Part shown: positions 47,365 through 55,036 of the stretch, in pieces | Numbering within the stretch: position 1 is the first letter of the stretch | Layout of the letters: every line of letters starts with the position of its first letter | Virus record (IMG/VR): IMGVR_UViG_3300010400_000003 | Location: 1 to 64,000 of that record | Reading direction: 5' to 3' (one strand) | From: a virus | Length of the DNA stretch: 64,000 nucleotides | Notes under the pieces: model-generated | Told to the model about the DNA's origin: nothing | The model's database searches: none | Seen by the model: the letters and a program-made list of their open reading frames with translations, nothing else | Position numbers and translations under genes: made by a program

Positions 47365-47390
47365 AGGCCCGGATTCGTCCGGGCCTTTTT
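47365..47390 (+). terminator. rho-independent terminator
   Basis: AGGCCCGGA-TTCG-TCCGGGCCT-TTTT. Confidence 0.85.
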
Positions 47391-47431
47391 ATTTTCCAAA
47401 GCTCTTTACATCACAAACCGCTTTGTGATAA

Positions 47432-48403
47432 ATGAAAGCAATGACATGCACAAAAACCCACACGCAGTTGCCCTTGGACGCCGGGGCGGTAAAATCGGAG
47501 GGCGTTCCCGTTCGCGTCGGAAAGTTCTTGCGGCTCGCAGGAACGTCAGACTTGCAGGACAAGCGAGAAAGAAGGCTGCAAGCAATTCGGCGCTACAAGG
47601 CCAAGCTCAAAGCGGAAACCCGCATTGACGGCAGGCTGTTCCGGTTCGTGTTTCGGAATCCTGAATATCGGAGGATCGAGAAAACGATTGATTGGAAGAA
47701 GGTGTTTGCCGAAAGCCGATCTGAGATGAAGCCGATACCGCTGTCGGAGCACTTCCAGGCCTGGGCGGCAACCGGCGATGCCAACATGCTTAGATTTCTG
47801 TCGGTGCTGCTGGCCCTGAACTACCGATCAATTTGCGAGATCAAGCACAACCACGTTTCGCAAATGCTTTTCAAGCGACCGTCGCAGCGGATGTCGAGGG
47901 AGAAGCGCAAGGAGGTAAACGCGAAGTATCGCGATTATCGCAAGGAGTATTACAAGAAGCGCAGGACTGATCCTGAATACGTCGCTCAACTCCGCAAGCA
48001 GGGCGCCGTGGATTTTCAAAAACACAAGCAGCGCATTTACGCCTACCGCAACAACCGTCGCAAGACCGACCCCCAATACAAGATCAGTAGCAACCTCCGC
48101 ACGTACATCTACCAGCGCGTCGGCAAGAAGAACACGACGGGCCAGAGCCGTTTCCGCGAGATCGTCGGTTGCTCGATTGAGGAGTTTTGCAAATGGCTGG
48201 AGTCCCATTTGGCACCCTGGATGAATTGGACGAATTATGGTTCCGGTCCCGGGCAATGGAGCATTGACCACACGCGGTGTTGCGCGTCGTTTGACCTGAC
48301 GGACCCCGAACAGGTGAAGCAGTGTTTTCATTATTCCAATATGAAACCCATGCTCCACCGCGACAACCTCTCCAAAAGCGACAAACTTCCCGCAATCTCG
48401 TGA
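47432..48403 (+). CDS. free-standing HNH-type homing endonuclease (true start may be later)
   Basis: IVGCSIEE...MNWTNYG...WSIDH...SFDLTD..Q..CFHYSNMKPM...NLSK. Confidence 0.85.
   Translation: MKAMTCTKTHTQLPLDAGAVKSEGVPVRVGKFLRLAGTSDLQDKRERRLQAIRRYKAKLKAETRIDGRLFRFVFRNPEYRRIEKTIDWKKVFAESRSEMKPIPLSEHFQAWAATGDANMLRFLSVLLALNYRSICEIKHNHVSQMLFKRPSQRMSREKRKEVNAKYRDYRKEYYKKRRTDPEYVAQLRKQGAVDFQKHKQRIYAYRNNRRKTDPQYKISSNLRTYIYQRVGKKNTTGQSRFREIVGCSIEEFCKWLESHLAPWMNWTNYGSGPGQWSIDHTRCCASFDLTDPEQVKQCFHYSNMKPMLHRDNLSKSDKLPAIS
47446..47628 (+). CDS. small basic protein
   Basis: KNPHAVALGRRGG.IGG motif; overlaps 5' part of the endonuclease ORF. Confidence 0.5.
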   Translation: MHKNPHAVALGRRGGKIGGRSRSRRKVLAARRNVRLAGQARKKAASNSALQGQAQSGNPH

Positions 48404-49068
48404 CCCTCAAATCCTCAATCCTCTCCGCCGCGAAAGCCGACGGCATCCCGGCCTCCGCTGACGGCCTGTGGCACATCAAGAAGATCACGCTGAACAAAGA
48501 CATCACGGCGCCGAAGGATGGCCGCGAAGTCCATGTGCCGGCGGGGTCGTACACGCAGTTGTGGCGCTGGACAAACGATACGGTGGGGAAACGGCTGTCT
48601 GGCGAGCCGACCGAACCGGGCGAACTGGTGATGACGGACTCGCCAGACGAGTTGAACACGCATCTGAACTTCATGCTGCGGGCGCGCGGGCGGGTGTTGA
48701 TTTCCGGCTTGGGCCTCGGCTGTGTCGTTCGCGGATGCTTGGCCAACCCAGCAGTGTCTCACGTCGTCTGCATCGAGCGCGACGCCTCCGTTCTGAAGAT
48801 GGTGAAGCCGCACATGCCGTCGAATCGCCTGACCATCCTTCAAGCCGACGCGATTAGTTGGGTGCGCAACAATCTGTCGCGCCAGCGATTCGACTGCGCC
48901 TGGCACGATCTTTGGAGTGACCCCGATAAGCCCGAGCCGCATTTGCAAGTGAACCACTCGGAACTTTTTGTCCGGTGCCACGGCAAGGTCGGATTTCAAG
49001 GCGCGTGGGCGTTTCCGAAACAGGAGAAGCGGTTGTGGATGCGAAGCGTCGGCGGGATCATCGCATGA
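48400..49068 (+). CDS. spermidine-synthase-like SAM methyltransferase
   Basis: VMTDSPDE, GRVLISGLGLG, CIERD, ADA, FDCAWHDLW. Confidence 0.8.
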   Translation: MTLKSSILSAAKADGIPASADGLWHIKKITLNKDITAPKDGREVHVPAGSYTQLWRWTNDTVGKRLSGEPTEPGELVMTDSPDELNTHLNFMLRARGRVLISGLGLGCVVRGCLANPAVSHVVCIERDASVLKMVKPHMPSNRLTILQADAISWVRNNLSRQRFDCAWHDLWSDPDKPEPHLQVNHSELFVRCHGKVGFQGAWAFPKQEKRLWMRSVGGIIA

Positions 49069-49136
49069 AAGTTGTTGACACCTTGCGCACTCAGGCGTAA
49101 AAAGGAGGCGCAACGATCAAATATGAACCTGAAATT

Positions 49137-49289
49137 ATGAACGCCACGCCTGAAATTACTCCCGCAGAGAAACTGCCCAAAGTCCCGCAATGGTGGTGGG
49201 ATTACGGACTGAACCAAGAACTCGCAAAGCGCCAGCGCGAAGGTGCGGCGTTTGACGAGAAGATCGCCGCAGGATCATCCGACCTATGA
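49137..49289 (+). CDS. 50-aa hypothetical protein
   Basis: follows TTGACA promoter at 49075; ATGA-coupled. Confidence 0.5.
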   Translation: MNATPEITPAEKLPKVPQWWWDYGLNQELAKRQREGAAFDEKIAAGSSDL

Positions 49290-49567
49290 GCACGAAATCA
49301 AACGACGGCGGGCCAGCCTTTCCAGTTGGCTTCCGGGAATACGACCAAAAGATTCACGGCAAAGCTCCAGCGTTGGGACTTGCGGGAATGAGTCTCCGGG
49401 CCTACTTCGCTGGACAGGCGTTGAATGGAATGTTGGCGAGTGAATCCACTGGCGACGGCATGATGCCAGCGAATGAGCCTCGCGCCACTTGGGAAGCCCG
49501 CACAGCGGAACGGGCATGTGATTGGGCTGATGCCCTCATCGCCGAGCTTCAAAAGGAGACGCCGTGA
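49286..49567 (+). CDS. conserved phage protein
   Basis: GGPAFP...GMSLRAYFAGQAL...ADALIAEL. Confidence 0.8.
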   Translation: MSTKSNDGGPAFPVGFREYDQKIHGKAPALGLAGMSLRAYFAGQALNGMLASESTGDGMMPANEPRATWEARTAERACDWADALIAELQKETP

Positions 49568-49896
49568 CCGACGCCGAACTTCGCGATCTGGACGCCTGGA
49601 TTGCCGAGCAGGTGATGGGGTTCAAGCTGAACGCCAATGGAATGATTGAGACGTGGCCGCGCGAAGGAGTAAGGCATGATTTGTGTGTGGCCAATTACAC
49701 CACCGACCCCGCCGCCGCGATGCAAGTGTTGGAGAAGTGCGCGGACGAGGTTCACGCTTACGAGCTTCAAATCGTGTCACCTAGGAACGGCGGGTTGTGG
49801 CATATCAGTTCAGGAAAGAGAAACACCCCGCGTGTAAACGCTGAAACCCTCCCCATCGCCATCTGCCGATTCGCCCAACAACTGTTCTCGAAATGA
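49564..49896 (+). CDS. phage ABA-sandwich (BC1872-like) protein
   Basis: LDAWIAEQVMG, YTTDPAAAMQVLEK, PIAICR. Confidence 0.75.
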   Translation: MTDAELRDLDAWIAEQVMGFKLNANGMIETWPREGVRHDLCVANYTTDPAAAMQVLEKCADEVHAYELQIVSPRNGGLWHISSGKRNTPRVNAETLPIAICRFAQQLFSK

Positions 49897-50951
49897 AACG
49901 CCTGACCATGCTGGCCGCGCTGGACGCCTGTGGAGGGTATGGACAGACCGCCATCGCGTTCGCCCGCGGCATCGAGGCGCTGGCGGGCGCGAAGGTGAGC
50001 ATCCGTGCCTCGTCGGTGAACGAGCGGTGGGCGAAGATTCCTGAGGACATTCGTGAGCGCATTGTGAGCGGGCCGCAACCGGGCGAATGGGAGTTGCTGA
50101 TTCACCATCCCAACTTCGTGCCGACGCCGGGGAAGAAAACGGCATACGTCACTATGAATGAGTCCACGCGGTTGAACCCGCTGTCGGTCCACCTGCTGAA
50201 CCAAGCGGCGGTTGTGATCGTGCCGTCGGAGTTCTGTGCGGTGACGTTCTCGGCGAGCGGGGTGACGGCGCCGATTCGGGTTGTCCCGCTGGGGTTCGAT
50301 CCAAAGATTTACCGCTGGCGGCCGATGCCTGACGGCGGAGGCGTCGTGTTCGGAACGGCAGGCAGCGTGGCCGGCGGGGAGTCGCGCAAAGGCTTGGGCG
50401 AAGTGGTGACAGCTTTCCGTAAAGCGTTCCCGCTCGACAAAGGGCTGAAGGTGCGTCTGAAGATCAAGTGCCACCCCGACCGCGAAACCGATGTGTGGAC
50501 GGACGACGACCGGATTGAACTCACAGCAGAGCATTTGAGTGACACCGCGCTGGCTGAGTGGTACGCGAGCCTGACGTGTTTCGTCTCCGTGTCGAAAGGC
50601 GAGGGATTCGGATTGATGCCGTTGCAGGCGATGGCGTGCGGCCGGCCAGTGATCTCCCCGAAGTTCGGAGGCGTGAGCGAGTACTTCAAAGAGGATCGCG
50701 GATACGTCATGCCGCACACGCTGGTAGCCGCGCCGCCGCCATACTGCGGGCACTGGTGTCATGTGAAGGAAACAGACCTGATCGCGGAGATGGGCATGTT
50801 CTACGCCTTTTACGCAACATCGGGTGACGGCAAATCCGAGGCGATGGCCGCTGCGAAGTTCACTTGGCAGTCATCGTGCGAAAAGCTGGTCGCCGTGCTG
50901 GATGAATTCGGCGCGCTGGCGGACGCGCCGCAGGAGTTTCACGCGCTGTAA
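49893..50951 (+). CDS. GT4 glycosyltransferase
   Basis: GGYG, VPSEF, RKG, EGFGLMPLQAMACGRPVI. Confidence 0.9.
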   Translation: MKRLTMLAALDACGGYGQTAIAFARGIEALAGAKVSIRASSVNERWAKIPEDIRERIVSGPQPGEWELLIHHPNFVPTPGKKTAYVTMNESTRLNPLSVHLLNQAAVVIVPSEFCAVTFSASGVTAPIRVVPLGFDPKIYRWRPMPDGGGVVFGTAGSVAGGESRKGLGEVVTAFRKAFPLDKGLKVRLKIKCHPDRETDVWTDDDRIELTAEHLSDTALAEWYASLTCFVSVSKGEGFGLMPLQAMACGRPVISPKFGGVSEYFKEDRGYVMPHTLVAAPPPYCGHWCHVKETDLIAEMGMFYAFYATSGDGKSEAMAAAKFTWQSSCEKLVAVLDEFGALADAPQEFHAL

Positions 50952-50961
50952 AGGTAAGCCT

Positions 50962-51159
50962 ATGCCAATCTTCGATGTAAAACCAATATCCGAAACCAAG
51001 CGCCTACTTGCCTGCACAGAGCAAGAGGCGCAAACCAATCTGGAAGTCGCTGCTCGACGACTACTGAATGAGGCGAGATGGCATCCATATCGGTCGAAAA
51101 TCCGAGAACTCCAAAAGCCGCTGTTGCAACTCCGAATGGCGAGGCGAAAATCAGCATGA
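50962..51159 (+). CDS. hypothetical protein
   Basis: coupled ORF. Confidence 0.45.
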   Translation: MPIFDVKPISETKRLLACTEQEAQTNLEVAARRLLNEARWHPYRSKIRELQKPLLQLRMARRKSA

Positions 51160-51464
51160 CATCAATCAAAACCATCTTGGGAAACCGGCTCGTCATTCGG
51201 AGAAATCCTGCCGCAGTAAACGGTTGGCTGCCCAAGCCTCATCCGATGGCGGTTGCGCCGCAATCACCAGACGACCGCGAGCCACACTTCGAGGCTGTCG
51301 TGATGGCCGTTGGAGAAAATCTTTCCGAGGACATCAAGCCCGGCGACCGCGTGATCTGCGGCGCGCACCCGAGTCAGAACCGCGTCGGTACGCGCAAGGT
51401 TCTGTGGCGCGGTGAACCGGCGGAACTGATTTCGACACTTGACGTGGTTGCGGTGATTGAGTGA
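51156..51464 (+). CDS. GroES-like co-chaperonin
   Basis: LGNRLVIRR, VVMAVG, IKPGDRVI, DVVAVIE. Confidence 0.75.
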   Translation: MTSIKTILGNRLVIRRNPAAVNGWLPKPHPMAVAPQSPDDREPHFEAVVMAVGENLSEDIKPGDRVICGAHPSQNRVGTRKVLWRGEPAELISTLDVVAVIE

Positions 51465-51577
51465 TAACGCACTTTCGGGATTAGTTCCCCGCCCTGGAGA
51501 GGACGGCGCGAGCCGACGCCACATGCTGGCCAACGCCGACCCGCTCACTGACTGGCCAGCCTGAAGAAAGGCAAACA

Positions 51578-51835
51578 GTGAAGAAGGCAAATGCAGTATT
51601 AAGCTGGGTGTTGGCGCTGTCCATTATCGCCCTGATCGCAGCCGAAGAACACGCACGGAGAACATGGCGCGACCGGGCATCAACTGCGCAAATCGGACTG
51701 GCGAGAGCCACGCTGGAAATCTCCGCGCTGAAATGGCTGAATGCGTCCGCGATCAAACACAACGAGCAGGCGTTTCAGGGCTACCTGAAGGCGTCGGGGG
51801 ATCACATCAAGCAGCCGGAAAGGAGCGGGCAATGA
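51578..51835 (+). CDS. membrane-anchored hypothetical protein
   Basis: N-terminal TM. Confidence 0.5.
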   Translation: MKKANAVLSWVLALSIIALIAAEEHARRTWRDRASTAQIGLARATLEISALKWLNASAIKHNEQAFQGYLKASGDHIKQPERSGQ

Positions 51836-52536
51836 TCGCTTCAGATTATTCTGTTCGCCGCAGCCAATACAACGGAACCAGATTCGGGCTGAAACTGGTC
51901 ATCATTCTCAATCTGATTCTGACCCTCGTGTTCCTACCATGCCAGCGCGCCAGCGCGCCAGTGCCAGTCGGCCTTGGTGTCGCCCTGAAATGTGTCGCCA
52001 TCGGGGTGATAATCCCCACCGCCATCATAATTTGGAAGTGCGACCAAGAGCACTACTTGGTTCGCTACCAACTCGACGGAGAGGACCCGTGGTGGTCCGC
52101 GTCCAAGGCCAACGAGACAACGAACGGAAAGCTCGGAGGGCGGCGCTGCGAGGGGCCATGGTCGTCTCCAGACGAGCCGGCGTTTCGCGCATGGGTGAAT
52201 AACAAGGACCCGGGCTTTCCAGTGTTCCCATGCGGGCCGCTGGGAAAGATACCGGGACCGAACACTAACGCGCCAGCCTTCATCAGCCTTCAGCAGAGCC
52301 GCGACGGTGGAGCATCGTGGACGCCGTTGGTATCTACGACGGCTGACCCTGGCGACAACCTCTCGTTTGTTGTGTTCCTGACGAACGCAGGCACCAACGG
52401 ATTAACAGCGGACCAGTTGCGCCAAGTGCAGGATTGCGATGTTGCGGTGACGAATAGCGCGGCCTCGCCATCGGCCATGTTCAGGCTGGCGGGGAGAGAA
52501 ATCATGCCGACCGCCGAACGCCATCAGGAGCAATGA
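51832..52536 (+). CDS. membrane/secreted hypothetical protein
   Basis: two N-terminal hydrophobic segments; SRDGGASW Asp-box. Confidence 0.6.
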   Translation: MIASDYSVRRSQYNGTRFGLKLVIILNLILTLVFLPCQRASAPVPVGLGVALKCVAIGVIIPTAIIIWKCDQEHYLVRYQLDGEDPWWSASKANETTNGKLGGRRCEGPWSSPDEPAFRAWVNNKDPGFPVFPCGPLGKIPGPNTNAPAFISLQQSRDGGASWTPLVSTTADPGDNLSFVVFLTNAGTNGLTADQLRQVQDCDVAVTNSAASPSAMFRLAGREIMPTAERHQEQ

Positions 52537-52870
52537 TGCTGACTCCGTTAATCCCATCTTGGGCCTGCTACGCCGCCGCTGCCGTTCTGGTGGCGGCATT
52601 GCTGCTCGGGGTGTTTCTCAACTGGTATGACGAATGAAAGGAAGTTAGTCGCGTGAATCCAAAGATCGCGAGCCGATCCAGCACGTACGCCTTGGCAGGC
52701 GGAGGCTTCATCCACATTGACCGCCAGATCATACCTATCGTGGTGCCGCGCCGTTCAGGTGGGGTTCCGCCCCTAAAGCCGAAATCAACGGCCAGGACAA
52801 AGGCGAGCCTGACCTCGCCGACTCCCAGGATGAAAAGAGGCCCACAGCGGAGGCGCGGTGCCACAAAACA

Positions 52871-53119
52871 ATGAACCAGAAAACAGCAAACGCAGTAGTT
52901 GCATATCACATGATCGAAAAAGCAAAGGAACTTCTCGCGACAGACTCATGGGGGTCTTTCGACAACATGCCGGAGCGTATCGCGTATCCGGTGATTTGCT
53001 CGCGCTGCCACAGGAAGTCGGTGGACGCGAAAGACCGGCTGAAGAAGTGCGGACTGCCTCAACCTGACGGAACCAGATGCACCGGCATTTTTGTACCGAG
53101 GGATGCGGTCAAGGAGTAA
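52871..53119 (+). CDS. Zn-finger hypothetical protein
   Basis: CSRC...CG...C. Confidence 0.55.
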   Translation: MNQKTANAVVAYHMIEKAKELLATDSWGSFDNMPERIAYPVICSRCHRKSVDAKDRLKKCGLPQPDGTRCTGIFVPRDAVKE

Positions 53120-53123
53120 GCCA

Positions 53124-53315
53124 ATGGCCGACACGGACCCATTCGATGAAGATGAGGACGAGGGCGACCCGACGCTCGACCCGGATTGGTGCGAGGTTTG
53201 CCAGGGACGAGGCAAGGTGACGACCGCCGACTACGAATCGTATTTCGGCGCGTGCTACAAACCGTGCCCGAGATGTCACGGAAACCCATGCCACGACGAG
53301 CCTCCGTGTTCTTGA
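53124..53315 (+). CDS. DnaJ-like Zn-finger micro-protein
   Basis: CEVCQGRG, CPRCHG. Confidence 0.6.
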   Translation: MADTDPFDEDEDEGDPTLDPDWCEVCQGRGKVTTADYESYFGACYKPCPRCHGNPCHDEPPCS

Positions 53316-53440
53316 AGCAGTTCATCACTTGACACCATCGCCAAACGAGTCAACCCTTGCAGAGAAACCGGGCCACGGTTGTTTTGTTCGATTGGTATTG
53401 GGAGCGCGCCGCGGCTGAGGTCGTGGCGCGTTTTAACAAC

Positions 53441-53516
53441 TGCGGGCGGCGGGTCATAATCCGACCGAGCCTCATAAGCTTTGGAAACGTGGTGAAACTC
53501 CACGGCTTCGCAACCA
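53441..53516 (+). tRNA. non-canonical tRNA-like element, anticodon CAT
   Basis: 76 nt, ends ACCA; loop CTCATAA; T-arm CGTGG-TGAAACT-CCACG; D-arm CGGG/TCCG. Confidence 0.6.
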
Positions 53517-53580
53517 CTCTCCAGCGCGGCGAAATCAGTTCGTTGTTGCGCCGTCCCGCCTGCGGTGGTAACAAGCGGGC

Positions 53581-54231
53581 ATGAGTCCTTTCACCAAGGC
53601 CGAAGCGAAGGCGCTGATTCCTGACCCGACGAGCAGCCTGTGCGGCGTGTTCGTAAAAACTTTGCTCCAACTCCCGGTTTTTTTCTACCAGTGGATTTCC
53701 TCATTTGTCGGCGACGACGGCGAATACATCCGCACGGTTGAGCCGGGCGACCTGATTTATTCGTTCGCGCCGCTGGTGAGCAACCAGCATCGGCTGCGGT
53801 GCGATGGCGCATCGTATTCCACCACGACCTACGCCGTGCTCTACGCCGCGATCGGCAACGCCTTCGACACGATGGACGGACAGAGCGCGCCTGGAGCGGG
53901 GTTCTTTCGAGTGCCCAAGTGCGGTGCGCGCTTCCCGCTGGCAACCGGAAGTCTTCCATTATCTGGCGCTGTGGCCCTTGGATCAGTCAGCGGCGAAGAA
54001 CGGCACGTCTTGCTCGTAGCTGAGATGCCGAAGCACAAGCACGCGACGACGCTTCATCGTTCGAGTCCCGACAGCGGGCCGGACAATCTGTTCGCCACGG
54101 GCAACGGTCCAGACGACGGCGGAGATTATCCTGACCAGACTTACGACACCAGCGAGGTTGGCAGCGACACGGCGCACAACAACATCCCGCCTTACTTTGG
54201 AGTTCACTGCTACATCGCGACCGGAATCTGA
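53581..54231 (+). CDS. tail-collar domain fibre protein
   Basis: LRCDGASYSTTTYAVLYAAIG, FRVP, GEERHVL.VAEMPKHKH, AHNNIPPY. Confidence 0.88.
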   Translation: MSPFTKAEAKALIPDPTSSLCGVFVKTLLQLPVFFYQWISSFVGDDGEYIRTVEPGDLIYSFAPLVSNQHRLRCDGASYSTTTYAVLYAAIGNAFDTMDGQSAPGAGFFRVPKCGARFPLATGSLPLSGAVALGSVSGEERHVLLVAEMPKHKHATTLHRSSPDSGPDNLFATGNGPDDGGDYPDQTYDTSEVGSDTAHNNIPPYFGVHCYIATGI

Positions 54232-54533
54232 TGGGCTTTTTCAAACAGCGAACGACGCCGTTGGCCGTGCTCATCACCCAAGTTTGGGATCGTCAGGCCT
54301 CATCCAGCAGCGTGTACCGGACGAACTATCTCGGCTACACCTGGCCAGCCATTGATCTTGTCCCAGCCTCCGGCAGCGTTCCGTCGCACGGTTTGTTTCA
54401 CGGTCCCGAGGGCGATATTGTCATCAACCACGGCGATTACATCTCGCTTCGCCCGGCCACGGGGAGGGTATCCGCCTCTAGCTGGTACAATTTCGTCGGC
54501 TTCTACGAGGAGGTGCTGAATGTCCCAAACTGA
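54231..54533 (+). CDS. hypothetical protein
   Basis: coupled ORF. Confidence 0.6.
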   Translation: MGFFKQRTTPLAVLITQVWDRQASSSSVYRTNYLGYTWPAIDLVPASGSVPSHGLFHGPEGDIVINHGDYISLRPATGRVSASSWYNFVGFYEEVLNVPN

Positions 54534-55032
54534 AATACTCGCATATTGCGCTGGATTCTTCGATGGTGAAGGCACTGTAACTATCACCACGGAAAAAACA
54601 AAAGTGAAAACCGGACGGCGAAACCACAGGGTTCAGATAAACGCCTCACAAAAGGAGATTCGTCCTCTGCTGCTGTTCAAAAGCACGTTTGGCGGAAGCG
54701 TGAGACTGATAACCAAGAGGGGAATACGATCTTGCTATACGTGGTGGATATGCGGTCGAGAAAAGCAACTGCTATTCTTGGAGACAATTATTCCTTTCTT
54801 GCTGATAAAAAGAACTGAGGCTGAAATCGCCAAACAATTTCTAGGCACAGTTCGAGAACGGAATGTTCGTGGCAGGATTGGCCAAATAGCGAGAACCGAA
54901 GATTCTGTTTACGAATTGCGGGAACGCCTCTACACGCAGTCAATGAGCGTGAGGCGCAGAAAAAGTCTTATGGAGGATTCGGCTGGCCAATACGAATTCC
55001 CGGTTTCGTCGGTGCTGATCGGACACAACTGA
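54520..55032 (+). CDS. LAGLIDADG homing endonuclease
   Basis: AYCAGFFDGEG, FGGSV, FLETIIPFLLIKR; AT-rich. Confidence 0.9.
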   Translation: MSQTEILAYCAGFFDGEGTVTITTEKTKVKTGRRNHRVQINASQKEIRPLLLFKSTFGGSVRLITKRGIRSCYTWWICGREKQLLFLETIIPFLLIKRTEAEIAKQFLGTVRERNVRGRIGQIARTEDSVYELRERLYTQSMSVRRRKSLMEDSAGQYEFPVSSVLIGHN

Positions 55033-55036
55033 TTCT

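Noticed and set aside
47340-55036. Group I introns or inteins around the endonucleases
   Set aside because: The endonuclease genes lie between intact genes; no intron core or intein termini recognised.
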